A stretch of DNA of 64,000 bases from Lingula anatina (lineage: Eukaryota > Animalia > Brachiopoda): assembly GCA_051362555.1 (NCBI GenBank), contig CM120643.1:19224848-19288847 (forward strand). The letters are read 5' to 3'. How positions within the stretch are numbered: position 1 is the stretch's first letter; each line of letters begins with the position of its first letter. Positions 35,901-50,629 of the stretch are shown in pieces. The notes beneath the pieces are model-generated. The model was not told where the DNA came from, ran no database searches, and worked only from the letters and a program-made list of their open reading frames with translations. Position numbers and translations under genes: made by a program.

Positions 35901-38900
35901 TTCGACGGTGATGGCGTCTTACTAATAATTGTAATTATACTATTACTCTATTCGTATGAATTTGTGAAAGTCTTTAGCCTTTGGCATTTAGGGTATTTGT
36001 GACAGTTTGAGCTGAAACTGTGTTTTTTTCTTTAAAATGCAATCTTAAAATACGTTTTGTCGTCTCTCACAACTTTGGTGTTTATCTAGACGGAAATAAT
36101 ATGGGTCATGACACGGTGCAACTTTTTTTCTCTTCAGTCAGCTTGTGACGCGTGTTGGGACTCGATTGAAGTGTTAAGGCTCTGTGACTAGTATCATGGC
36201 GACGTCCCTATATGTTCTTTGATATCAAACGGAAACACTTTACTTTATGGTCAACATAAGTCATCCGAGACCACAACACGTATGTTAAAGTAGCAATGAA
36301 ATATACATACTTGTGCACTCTTGCAACACAGCCACGGCAACAGGGACGCGGAGGGGGGGGGGGGGGGGGGGTTATGGCGAATGTTGCAAATAAATATATA
36401 TACAAAAAAATGAAACACAGAGGGGGCGCTTGTGATGTAACAGTATCGTAAACGGTTTACAACATTATACTGCTTTAATTATGCATGTGTTTTCATTAAT
36501 GTTCATAACAAGAGAATAGGACCTGATTTCAAAAGGGCCGACGGGACAGAATACTCATACATGAGAGCCATTGAAAAGTAATAAATTTATTTGACGCACA
36601 GACAAATAAACCATGTCCTCAACCATCACGATTTGACTGAACATTTAAATGTTTAAATTATTGCATTTTAAGGCCGTATTATATGAATATGTGTGTACCC
36701 TACAGAAAAATCCGGAACTAAATAGAAATCTGTCTAATGGAAACGTGAATAAAATAAAGAATAACACAAAAGCCGAAGCATCTCTTCCGTAGTCCTGTGA
36801 TTAGGCAGTATTTTGCACACTTCAAATATAGGTTTTAACTGGAATTCCTGACCGAACTGGACAAATGCTGGGCAAAGACAAATGCTAGATTTTCCAGGAA
36901 AAGTGCGCTCAAAATTTATAAAGAAAGGAACTTTTCATTTCACGAAATCGTTATCAATGTGCATTTTTAGCAAAGCTATCAAAAAGATGTCTAACCAGTC
37001 ACAGCACCCACACGATGTAAACTTTAAGACATATAAAATGCCATTACTTTCTCATCTCAGACGGTTGCGGTTGGGTCTTTTTTATCAAGTCATGCCATCT
37101 CGGGGCAAAAACAGGGCTTTGCGCTGTTTGTCACCTGAATGTCAGGTGTTGACGGACTTAAAACAAGCCACAAAATATCAAAGTATACATATAAAAGGCG
37201 TTCATGTTGAGTTTGACACCATAACGCGGCGAGCGTCCATAAATCTGGTCTTGTATTCGATAATGGAAACAGATGTGCTCTACCTATACTACCCTGCTTA
37301 CAACTGTAAAGAATAAAAACACTCTTTAAGTGTGTTGAATAAAGTGAACGGGTTAAAATATCCATTGTCTCTGCTAATGCATGGCGCCCTCTTGCACTCT
37401 TGAGAAAAGTTCATCGAAGAATCTCCGTCATAACCAGCTAGAAGATTTATGATAAAGTTCTTAGTTGTTACAATAGCACCCCCATAATAAACACCGTAAC
37501 CAACAGATTTACTTTTGTACAGAGTTTCTTGAAATATTTGCTAAAGAAGCCAATTTGATTATCAAAGTTATAAAATATAGGCCTACGTGTTTTTGTAATT
37601 ATTTTTAGACGATGTGGTTTTAGTCTTGGTGTTAAAAGTTTTGACTGTGATTGGATATTTCAGGCTGAATGCTTAAGAAAAGAGTAAAAGATTAACGAAG
37701 CTTGTCAGTTATTAAGTTATTTGCCATGTGATTTATTCGCCAGTGACTGAAGCATCACTGCGCATGAACAGAAAAGGAAGCTTTATTGCAAAGTCCGAAC
37801 AAAAAAGAATATGAATGAACATTTACTTGCATACTTCCAGGCTATACTAGAAATCTTTATATAAGTAAATAAAAACTCTAAATAAAAGGCTAGGATGAGA
37901 TATTTTAAATAGAATTGTATGCCGTGTCCTCATTACTGAGTATGTTGATTGTTTTAGATGTGTTAAATATAAAACAATGCGCAGAAATTAGTACACTGTA
38001 GCACATCATGCCCTTTAAGAGCAACGCCTGCCCATGACTCAATTCACTTTCGACAATGATTTATTTTTCATATATTGCTTCCATGTGAAATGCAATATTC
38101 TCATTCGAGGAAGAACTAACGAAGACTGTCTTTAATACACTGAAGAAAACAGCGCGTGCGTGCCCCGCGCCATCAAGAGCGTCATATTATCCTAACATAA
38201 TATAACATATTGCTTGCACCCATTATCCACACGTTAATTCGTACTGGTGACTTTCTCGACTGACCGTGCCGTCACTCGCCTCTCTGTACTGTTTCTATAC
38301 TTGTACTCTCAGATTTTTCGACTTTCTTTGACATTTACTTGTAGGGTGAAGTCGTAGAAATTTTTGACTCGTTGATAATGCAAGTACGTAATGGCAGTAG
38401 TTATGATATGTCCAGTTTTGTGGTTATCCTTCACTCACTTATTTCGCCCCAAAGTGTGTGGAGCCAACTTAATGTTTGCATGATTATGAAAGAAAAGAAC
38501 CACAAACAAGGCTGAAAATAAAAAACAAATGTATTTAATCCATTTTGTCATGTACCTCACATAAAAGTTAATATCATTCCCTTTTCTCCTTTAAGAAATA
38601 CCGCGGCTTTTTCGACTTGCTGGACGAGGAGACAAAGTTCCCGCAGTCCACTGACATGAGCCTGGTCCAGAAGCTGAACAGTAACCTGAAGGACAACAAG
38701 GCCTACGTCAGCGCTCCGGGCAGTGACACCGCCTTCGCCATCACGCATTACGCCGCAGATGTAAGTCGTCTGCCATATGGCGTCAATTTCAATAAAACTT
38801 CGAATAGGTGTGCATTTTGGAAAGTTCCTGTTTTTAATTTGATAGCTTTAGTGTCTTGTTTCGCAAATATCGTGTTTAAAAGGGGCTTAAAATTGTTAAT

Positions 38901-41900
38901 TCTATATTTGTTGTTAAAAAGATTAATATGTTGAAAGTATATCATCGGTAGTTTCCAAAAGAGTTTAGATTAAAATATTTTAGAAATTTTGGTTTCGTCA
39001 ACAAAGGTGAAAGTGTAAAAAATGTTAACTGGGTCATTTTAGGTGATATACAACGCCAAACAATTCATGGAGAAAAACCGAGATCGACTTGGTGCCGTGC
39101 TGGTGAAATGCCTTCAAGACAGCGAGATCGAACTGATCAGAGAGCTCTTTAGCGTGGATCTCAATTCGCCAGATGGCGTTTCAAGGTATGTCTTTTAAAT
39201 CAAGAAAAGTCATTGAGGATGATTAACTCACACATCGTATGTTTTGGTTAAACAAGTGACATTTCACAAAAAAACAGCATATGAAAGAAATAGTTTTGTG
39301 ACTGGAAGTTTAATTTTTTGGCTTTATGTTATTGTAATGACAATTTGAACACATTGAAGAATAACTTGTGCCACACAGGAATTCTAACATTAAGATAAGA
39401 TCGACACGCTCAATGAACATAAGGAGAAATATTACATTTAAAATTAAAGAATTCAGATGAAATTTCAAATTTGAAGCAATAATTTGAAAATCTTTTTCAC
39501 CTGTCGTTCGTTCTGTACCTCAGGTCTTTGAGCACAAAGCACCTGGTGCGTTCCCCAAACAGCCCCATACTGTCCCAGAAACGTCGATCTGAGAACCTTT
39601 CCAAGAAAACTGCCCAGGAAATCACGCACTACCAGTCGTTCAGATCTATCGTGGAGAAGGGAAATCCCAAGTACGACACTCTACGAAAGACGCAGACGGT
39701 GGCCGCGCAGTTTAAGGTAATCCAAACTACTTAACTGTTGAACTAAATGAATAACAATGACAGAGATTTTAGCAGAGCTTTCGAGAAAGCGTTTGATGAT
39801 AACAAACTGTTGTGTAAAGAAATCTACAAATTCAAACTATTTCCCCAAAATATTTGTTGACTAATTCTCCTTTTGATAGCTTTCTGTATAGTTCAGATTT
39901 TATCCACTGTATGATAAATATCAAGTATCAGTTTCCTAGAAATATCGCTGTGAATAAAGACGTGACTCGTCAGTCATATACTGTATATACAAAAAGTGTG
40001 TGTACATTGCGTTTAGCGTAAAAAGGGAAAATAAACGTTCAAAAATTAGTGCGTTGAAGTTTCTACACATTATGTCTTGGAATGGTTAATAAATTCATGA
40101 TTTGACCTTGACATACTTTGAAATCGCGTTCTGTAATTGTATTTTCACATCTTTTAGATGTCTCTTGGAGAGCTGATGAAAAAAGTTTCCGCTGCCAACC
40201 CGTGGTTCGTGAGGTACACAATTTTCTTTTCGTTTACATATTTGTAGGCTTCTGTTAGCATATAAAATAGCAAAGCCCTTCTATGATGAAATGGTAAATA
40301 GAACTGGATAAAAACATTAAGATTACAGGAAAACATGACCTCATCGATACTGGAAAATGTAAATGTAACATCAACACAAAATCGAAGTCCATAAGTGTTT
40401 TTCTTTACTTCTGTTTTTGTATCGGTGAATTTAAAAAACAGAATCTTAATGAGTCCTGAAGTATAAATAACACTTACAAAAAAAAACTCAATAAAAATTG
40501 AATTTCTCCTTCAGATGTATCAAATCCAACAACCAGCGCCAACCAGACAAGTTTCAGAGCGACATGGTGATTAACCAGCTGCGCTATAACGGCCTGGTCG
40601 AGATCGCCAGGATTAGGAAGAACGGCTACCCAGTGCGAATAATCTTCGCAGATTTCCTGGAAAAGTAAGTTTTGTTTGAGTGCTTAAACTGAGATTTCTT
40701 TTTAAAAAAATACTAACCACATAAGGATGCGAAAACTAATTTCATCATTTTTTACTAATAAAGAATTATATACAATACGATTGAAAAATAAATAATAGAC
40801 TGCCAGCTCATTGATTTGCAAACAGAACGTGATACACATTGACGAATTGATATTAATGTATTTATCGTGTTTATTTTTTTTTCTTAAACGTGAAACCAGG
40901 TAACATTGTTTTGATATTTTGAAAACAACATATGCATTTGCTAACAAATCTGTCACTGACAGAGGTGTCAGACCGATACGAATTTATAAAGACTGTCTTG
41001 TAACGTTTTCTATTTAATTAAAAATAACCCTATCCAATTTTCATTCTCCCTCTCAGGTATAAGGCCATAGCTTTCGAGGGCAAGACCCCCGTGGAGCCAC
41101 GCCCTCGCCACTGCAAGACCATCCTGGACGCCGTGAGCACAGACGGCTATATACTGGGAAAGTCTAAGGTAAGACACAGACAAATATAGATACAGCTAAA
41201 CTGTTATAGACTACTATATTTCTTAGACATGTGGATAGTTACAGCTACTGTTACACTTCTTAGACATGTGGAAAGTTACAGCTACTGTTATACTTCTTAG
41301 ACAATTTGGATAGTTACAGCTAAGCTAATGTTATAGCTCTCGGGCATGTGGATACTTCCAGCTTTACTGTTATACTTCTTAGACCTGTAGAAATTTACAG
41401 CTACACTTCCATTATACCTCTCAGACATGTAGATACTTCCAGCTAGACTACTGTTATACTTCCTAGACCTGTAGAAATTTACAGCTATACTTCCATTATA
41501 CCTTTCAGACATGTAGATAATTACAGCTAGACTACTGTTATACATCTTAGACATGTAGATAGTTACAACTAGACAATTGTTATACTTCTTAGACATGTAG
41601 ATAATTACAGTTATACTACTGTTCTAGTTCTCATTCATGTGAATAGTTACAGCTAGACTTCTGTTATGCTTCATAGACATGTAGATAATTACAGCTAGAC
41701 TTCTGTTATGCTTCTTAGACATGGTTTAGAGAGAAGCGTAGGCTCTGCTGATGAGTTTTATTAATGTTTGGTCACTTTCTCTTTCTTTTAATAAAAACAA
41801 AAAGACAATCACAGTAATATACTATCTATTAGATTACGTTAGTTATGAAATAAAGCATGGTATGTAATTATCCGCATGCATGTGGATAAAAACAACACTT

Positions 41901-44900
41901 TAGTTAACACCAACTCAGCACTATGAATAGACCGTCCACAATAACTTGAAATTCAGAATCATCATATGTAGACTGCGTGGCTTTTTATGTAATATTATTC
42001 ATGATAGAAAACTAATATTCGACCTATCTCAAAATACATTGAATATATATGCAACTTATCTTTGAGAATTGCTACTTTGACAATGTTATTGTTTTCTTAT
42101 AATTGGAGTGTAATGATATGAGTCCCACTAATGTCCTCAAGCACGGAAACGCAAAATAACCCTTTATTGTTTTCTTGAGGAAGAGTTTGAGAGTTGATAA
42201 GCAGTGGATTTTTTCAGTGTCCCTTTCAAACCAAACAAGAAACTATTTTTATCAGCTCCTTCGCGTTCTTTTTTGATGCTCCCCACGGCGTACAGCTTCG
42301 GTCAAAATGCTATATGCGCACTCGGGGTGACTTTTTATAATCTTTCTAGCGAACTTGATAATTAAATATATAAAAAAATGTCTGGATTTCATGAAATTGT
42401 TCTAAAAACGTTTCGTCATATATTGTTGTTTTTTTTGTTTTTTTGTTTTTTTTTTGCAGACCATTCAAAGAGAAACATCCATTGTTGTGCCATATCTATT
42501 TGTCACTGTTATTTTGATAACTTTTGATAACAATTAATGATAAATAATAAATATTAAAACATTTTGAAGTGGTAAAGCGCAGGCATCGTCCAAGTTGTAT
42601 CTTAGCATTCTTGATGTTATCAGTAGAACTAGTGGTATTTTGGTTTAGTACTTTCCTACCAGGCATCTGACAAATAAGGTCAGGAAAATAAATAGTTACG
42701 GTACCACAATGGAAGCACTGTGTCAACTCATAGACCGTCACAATAGTCACAAACCCAGGAATTTAATGGCGCAGATTCTGCAAATTTTACCATGGCACAG
42801 AAAATAGTTCTCACAGGGCGCTCGCACAGGTTATTCCACTACCCCTATCTGGTCCGGTCCCTGCTGACGTTATTAGTGCCAATTATAATAACGCGAGTAC
42901 AAGTCCAACGAGTTAATTAAATTATCACCATTCAGCTAAATAGCTAGATTGGAAACTGTGCACAATGACCTCCTGGATATAAGCAGTTCGACATTTGCTT
43001 GTCTTTCAATTTTCCACCTAATATTGGTGTATTTTGTATATGCATATATGTAAGAATAGTAGTGTAGAGAGCCTGCAAAATGTGTCTGTTAACGTATTTA
43101 TTTCAATGTTCATTTATTCACTGATATAAGTTTTTGCAAGTCAGAAGTTAAATAAAAAACTGCTAATAGCTATTTAGCATGAGTGACACGGGCCCTGCTT
43201 CTGCCATCTCGTCTTTATACCAATCTGGTTCCCCGACACCTCTGTGCCATAATTTTATAACTTTAATTTCTCTTAAGATTATCATATAATCCCGAGATCG
43301 GACAATAACCATGTAAGTATGGCAATAAGTATGCCCTGTGACGCAGAGAACGAGGGGAAAGTATACCAACTCACACTGGTCGCCAGTCACACGGTGACTG
43401 AGTCTATCATTAAGGCGGTGCCTATAACAGATAAAGGCAAGACTAAGAAAGGGAGAACTGTTCGATGACTGGTGACATCATGGTTCATTCATGAATCTGT
43501 ATTTCCTCTGCAGTGATCTCCAAACACAAAACATATCGCTTTAAAGTAAAACATAAATACATTCACAGTACATGTAGTTTCTTCCAAATTTTCAGTCGTC
43601 TGTTTTGAGGATGAATGTATTTAGCAATGTTGGCTTCGTGTCTGCAGTGCACAGCGTACCAATCGGAAGCATCTGCTCCATGCATGTTATGGCGCTGTGC
43701 AAACCGCCACTATTCCCTCGTCTGGCCCAAATTTTGGCGTGCGGGTAAAGGAACATGGATATATAACATAAGTACTCGCAAACCCATGATTTGGCTTTGT
43801 CTATACGCACAAAGGCCCCGACCGTGGATGATACTGACGAAGACCAAACTGCAGAAGAAACGTCTTCTGCGTTCGTGCTGGGTTTCATTAGGGCGCGTGT
43901 CTTCTGACATTACTGACGGAATAGGACAACAATAATAATGGCGTCTATTGTTTCACTGTAGGTATTCATGAAAGACTGGCTTGTTGAGAAATTGGACGAG
44001 TCACTAAAAAAGGTCAAGATGACGATCGAAGTACAGAAACACATCAGAGGCTACCTGGCGCGCAAGGAGAAGGAACGTCTCAAGAAGGTAAGGGAAACAT
44101 GGCACAATATGGCCACTTTTACTGCTCTATACTTAATATATTTTGCGTTACCTTAGACATATAAAGGGTAGATGATTGTTGACATGTGTGTTCTGCATTA
44201 TTTTAATATTTAGGTTTTTTGTTTTTAATATATTTAATACGCCGTGTTGATGCCTTGATCTCGATGTTGAATACTGTATATAAAACTGGATTATATGTTA
44301 TACTGTACTGATATTCAGTATTATAATATCAGGTAAAAATGTATTCTATTTTCTCTGAAAAGGATATGTTTCAGTTACACATAAACCTAGTTTACCAATT
44401 CTAGCTCAAAGAAACGGGTATACTACTCTGAAAATTATGCAAGTTTATAGTTCAGAGGATGTTTGGAAAAATCAAAAACAACCCCTATGCGTGTGATTTA
44501 CATATATTTGTCACCTTAAAAGTAGACAGTTCAAGGGCAGTTTCGAAAAATACCATTTTCCCTTCTCCTACGATATTACTTTTAGAAAAAAATATGTCGC
44601 TTGTTATAATTTATGTAACTCCTGTATGTAAATGAAATCTCCATGTTAGTCGACAGGCCTGGAATTTCATCATATATCGGCATTTTCCATCTGATATAGG
44701 CGTGCGACCACACGTGATTAGCTTGAAAAAGTCACCTTAATAGGTGTAATGATTGCAATGGGATTTAACCCAGCTTTAAGGTTATCCCACAGATGTATTT
44801 ATTATAATAACAAAACATATCACGACGCAGTTTAACATCATAAAACGAAATTCGTCTCAGTGTGTAAGGTTACCATGGATGCGGTATCGGTAAGGCACCA

Positions 44901-47900
44901 TGTTGTTTCATTTTGTTCATACTTATGACTTGCGTCTGATCAAGGCTATTTAGTCAAACTAAGCGTCACCGTTTTTTTGAGTGACCCTCTTCCATTAGCG
45001 TCACATAGCAGTGTTTTATGCTGTAGATTTCTGAGGTGAGTCGGTGAAAATTGGTTTTCTGATGAATGTGAGAATTTGTTACATAAACGAAAACGCGTTA
45101 TGTACGTGACACTGCGTGTCATTAGCCCGACGCTACCACGTCCACAATGTTAACCAAGGGTGTTGAGGAAGTAAATCTATACACATTTTATTGTGTACAA
45201 TAATAAATTGGCCAGTCATGGTCATTGCGAAACAAGTAGACTGTGTTTAAGACAGAGACCCCAGTGTGTCCCACACATCTGTCACGTGATCAATATGACA
45301 GAGAAACCCTTAAGTGACGTTCGCATACTAATGAGGTATTAACAGCGGTCTTTACCCCAGCTAAGGCATATTAATGACTTTTTAACAGGGGAGGCATATG
45401 TGATGACACAGAGCCTGGCTGTTAACTCTTCAGTAAGGTACAAAAGCGTGGCAGTTTATTTAATTATGCTGTACATAGATAATCTGGTTATCTCATCAGA
45501 TGCAAAGTGGATGTATTGTTAATTATGGAAAGTAGAAATTATCAGCTTTAAAGCTTACAGTGAATCGGGCGCAGAACCATCAGATACCACTCAGAAAGTC
45601 AGGGGTGACGGATCTGTTCTATATTTCACTCCTTTTTTCCAGGCGGAGGATGCAAGGAAAGAAAAGGAACGACTAGAAAAAGAAAGACAAGAACGAGAAA
45701 GAATGCAACGTGAGGAGGCCGCCAAAAAGCGCGCGGCGCCCACGCCGCCTGGTGAGAGGACGTCACGGCCCTCGTCATCCCTCGAGAAACCCTCTCGCTC
45801 CTCCAGTGCTGATAAAATATCCAGAGCTTCCATTTTGGATAATATTTCTGTCAATTCAAAGAACTCCAATGCAAAACTTCCTCGAAGTAACACGACGGGA
45901 AACCTCAACCACCCGTCGCGCAGTACATCGCTGGAAGACAACAGACGACGCTCGACGACTCTTGAAAAGGGTTACTCGGCTGACAGCATGAAGCGCGCCA
46001 TTTTGGACGGAGAGGTGAGGAGCATCGGGTCCACGGCGACAGGGAAAAGTTTAGATCGCAAAAGTCGCTCCCTTGAAAACGCTAACAAGAGGAGCTCGAC
46101 TCTTGACAGTGGGCTCGGTGACACTCTCCCTAACCAGCCGTCTAAAGTCCGGCTAGATCCTAAATCTGAGAGGGGAGAAATTGACAGTATTTTTGAAGAA
46201 ACAGCAACGTTTTACGAGGATGAAGATCTTAATGAGTAAGTCAATGTAGCACACACGAATTTACACGTGATTTAGTTATTACCCCATATCTATATTTCTA
46301 TCTTAATTATCACCTGATCCAGAAGGTAGGGCATTGTGTAACATTATCTATCTTTTGAGTTCCTAATTAGCATTTCGTGTGATACGCCTTTCTATCTTTA
46401 CATTCTCTTCGTGAATAGATGAATGATATTATGCTATTGAAAATCCTGAAATGGCGCTCAACGGCGCGTTTGTTTTTATGTAGATATTAAGGTAATGTAC
46501 GCCCTTGACTTCACCGCAGGTATGCGCTGTTGCAAATTTCCGTCATAACTGTTTAAATCAGGCCTTCATGTGATGAACAAACCCACTTTCACTTGACATA
46601 CTCATAATTGACAAAATTTTGATGTTCGGACTTGTTGTACTTTGTATTACAAACACAGAAAAGCACCCGAGTACAAATTAAAACTATGGTAAGCCATGCA
46701 GAGAGTATGACAGAAATTCACAACACTGATTTAAGTAAATTTTCTCTATAAGTAAGCAATAACAATATTAACCATAAATATTTCACAGCAAATTTCCTTT
46801 TCAAATGGGTGTAACTATAGGTAGTAATATGATAAAAGTGTATCCCATTTTGCGTAGAATGTTCTCAGCTTTTCGGTAAAAAGTCGTATTATCGGTAGCA
46901 TATTAAACACATCCTAAATGTAAACATCTTACGGACCTTATATATACAATCGATTTTTGTCACTAAAGCCGAAACTAACCGCCAGGAGACGGGCTAAATT
47001 TGCTAATTGAGTAACTGAGAACTTGTTATGAAAAAAAAAGGTAAATGAAATCCAGTTAAAATGATTTAATTTCTATGACCATTATCATGTGGATTACATT
47101 ACATCTTACAGAGACCAGTGGGACGTGTTCCAAAGCATTCCAAGAGAACGCCAGAGCGCCAGCGAGAACTTTGAGATCGTATTGAAGGTCATCAAAGTGT
47201 TCATGTACATCTTTATCTTCTTGGTGGTGCTGGGGACGGCCGTGGTCAGCAAGCTCACCATTCTCTTGCTCACATCGGGGACTTTATTGACGACGAATCT
47301 TGGTGACTCCCACATGTGGGACGGCGGCATTGTAAGTGGTGTATTATAAAAGTGTCACCTGTAGAGGGCAGCACTGCACAATGCCATATAGATGGCGTTA
47401 GTGTACAGAACCTATGCCTTTGCTGGACATTTGAATTGATATGTTTGGTTCTTTTTAATATCTTTTGGTGACATTTTGTATGTTCTATTTTTAGAATAGG
47501 CATTTTGTATATTTTGATTTAGCGACTGAAATGTTTCTGCTTGTTTTGTTTTTTCTCAGTGAAAGTTGTAACTTCTTTTTCCAGTTGCTGTTAAATTTTG
47601 CATTCTTTTTTAGACATACGACGAATTAGATGACCGGAACACAAGGATAACGCTGCTGATCGTCTGCGTGTGTATACCATATATCCTGTCATTTGTCACG
47701 TTCATCTTCAAAGCAATGTTTGGAAGCCAACCTTGGCCAAAACCGAAAACACTTATCGTGGTAAGTTGTATTCAGCAACCCAATTAACTAACGAAATTAA
47801 CTGCCCACTACGATTGTTTCCATTTCTTTCTTTTATTTTAAACATAATGCCTTCCGCTCTCCTAGTATTGGTTGTATTTATGTCGGAATTGTCCTTTCCT

Positions 47901-50586
47901 ACATTATCTTTTAGAAATGTGCACATATCATTCGGCGTTTCCGTGGGTGTTGCGAATACAAAAACATAATTTTCCGGTGGAGGTATAAACATTTATTTAC
48001 ACACGTCTTGACACAAACTGATGACGGTGAACTGAAATAATTGAAACAAATAAAACAAATGAAAGTAACAGAATAAACAAATATAAATTTCAACTTAATA
48101 CAAATATCACAATAAAGAAATTACAATAAAACACATATATAAAATAACTAAATACATACATAACAATGCTGCCTCCACTCATTCGCGTACAGTACTAGGC
48201 GTGTTCCAACCATGACAATACATGGTGACGTTTTATTTCCACTCAACAGAACACCAATCATCCAACATATGAGGGCGCCACTCACACCAAGACGAGACAA
48301 CACAAAGTAAACATGACAAACAACACAAACAAACGAAACAAAAAATTGCCGACGACACTGTCGACAACAGTGGGAATTTATACACCACAAATGAAGAAAG
48401 AGGGAAAGAAAGAGAACAAAAATAAAAGAATTAAACAACATTATTATCAATATCTTTAATCTATTATTCTTTTTTAATTCCAGATTCTCACCATTGAGGC
48501 ACTCCATTCCTTCGGACTTTGCCTTCTCCTGTTCAGAGTTCTTCCTACAATGGACATGATCCGTGGACTGATGATAATGGCAGCAGTATGCACAATGCCT
48601 GGACTCCTTGGCCTATGTTTTGGCAAGCCGACCAACAGACGGAAGGATACCAGCAAAGTGCAGTCTATCTGCATGCGTGTGCTGATGATTATAGCCCCGT
48701 TGCTGCAGCTCGCCGCAATCGCCATTATCATCCTGACCGGCTTCTCCTACCGCGACCCGTCAGACATCGGACTTGAACTACATAATATTGTGAATGGTAA
48801 TAACAGTGAAACCAATGTGTTCAGCCGCGACAAGCCGGATGAAGACAAGTTCGCCTTCACGTATTGTGGATGGGAGGTGCCAGTTGCTCTTATCTTGGTG
48901 TCTATCTCCTGGTGGGAGAATTTCGCTGACCGTGATAGGAAGATTGGCAGGCTGTCAATCCCGTTGAGGAAATTCCGCGCTTCTCTTCATGGCGTGAGAG
49001 AAAAGTCTACCGTGATCATTTCCGTGTGGAAGTCCTGTTTGACCATTGCGTTCGCCTACCTTCTCCTCGCCATTAACAACGGCGGCTTTAAGCTGGAGGT
49101 TCACATCAGGGACGATGTCGTGTCTTTCTACAAGCCTTATGCAGAGTGGGAGATCGAACAATTCCAGGAAGAAGACGGCCAGAGGGTCGTCCCCGGTGAC
49201 ACCGCCAACGTCACGGATCAAACTGTCCTGACGGCCTATTTCGCCGGTTCCTCGCGCCACGCCCTTGAGACGCTCGCCCCCTTCATCGCTCAGGCCGTGG
49301 GTACGTTCATCTGCTACTACTTTGCTCGTCTGGCCTGCAAGTTGTGCATGCAGAGAGTCAGCTTTTCCGCTCCACTGATGCTGTCCACGCCAGTCACCTT
49401 TGTGATCCTGTACCTGCAGTGTAAACTGGAGTTCATCTCCAACTACCTGACCGACGGCCTGTACACGTGGTCCTGCCCCGAGGCTGGAGGACAGATGCTC
49501 TATCTCCACTTTGGCTGCTTCTTCCTCTGGTGGGTGTCGGAGCTGATGATTGCCTGCCACATCTGGTTCCCACAGTCCGAGCGTCTGGCCAAGTCGGAAA
49601 GGTATTTGTTCTGCACCTTTTACATTGGTGATAACTTTTTGTAAACGCAGGTTTCTCGCACTCCCAATTCTGTTTTACTTCTGCATTAGTTTCGTGTCCT
49701 GAATAATCTTGGTTTGACAAAGCCGGTTGCTTTCTTTAAATTTATATAAATTATCATAACAAGATAATTCCTTATGAAAATGCACTTCTTGTATCTAGGT
49801 GAACCGCGTTCTTACACAGAACATCTCGGGCCGTAGGCTATGATAAAATCTAAACCACTAAACGCCTACAGTACATACACTGTATAAGCAGGTTATTTGT
49901 ACCATCTCTGGTACACGTCATGACACATACTGCAGGAAAATCAACAGGCTTCTGGTGGACTGTAAAAATAGGAAAAGATGAACACTTCATAAAGATCCAA
50001 CAAATGTTTTTCAAAAAATCTCTGGGGATGGGCAGCTGTCACTCCTCCCAAGGTACTGTCCGGATTGTTCAAATGGTATTGTTGTAAATACCCTAAAACA
50101 ACCCACGTTATTAACCAAATTTACTCTTTTCCAGGCTTTTCGTTTTACCATTCTACTGTGGCGCCTTGATAGAACAGTCCCTGATGCTGAACAGACGTCG
50201 GCGAGATAAAGACATGATCTCGGTTGGTGACGGCCATTTTGAGTATATCGAAACTGGAACAACCATGGATGGAACTTCAACTTTGACCTCTCGTGGTACG
50301 AGCACCGAGGACTTGGAAGACAAGTACAAGATCACCGATGACGGCGTCGTTCCTAAGATCTACGCATGCGCGACAATGTGGCACGAAACCCGAAATGAGA
50401 TGACGCAGTTGCTGAAATCCGTTTTTAGGTACTATAGAGCAGTACAGACATATACATTGGATTAGGTTGTTAACTTAACGAAAGACGAAAGGAGTAAAAA
50501 AGTGAAAAAAGCTTTTTTGTTAAATTTTCTTTTCTCTTAATCTCTAAATTTACACTGTTTTACTTAAATTCTTTCATTTCTTTGAC

Positions 50587-50629
<43 letters not shown>

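Noticed and set aside
41297-41596. Repetitive 99-aa ORF
   Set aside because: Translation of the intronic minisatellite.
43592-43935. ORFs of about 100 aa in CHS intron 17 as an alternative exon
   Set aside because: Exons 17 and 18 join directly to give the conserved GKSKVF converter motif; the intronic ORFs show no recognisable similarity.
48955-49560. 201-aa antisense ORF
   Set aside because: Shadow of GC-rich codon usage in CHS exon 22; no recognisable motif.
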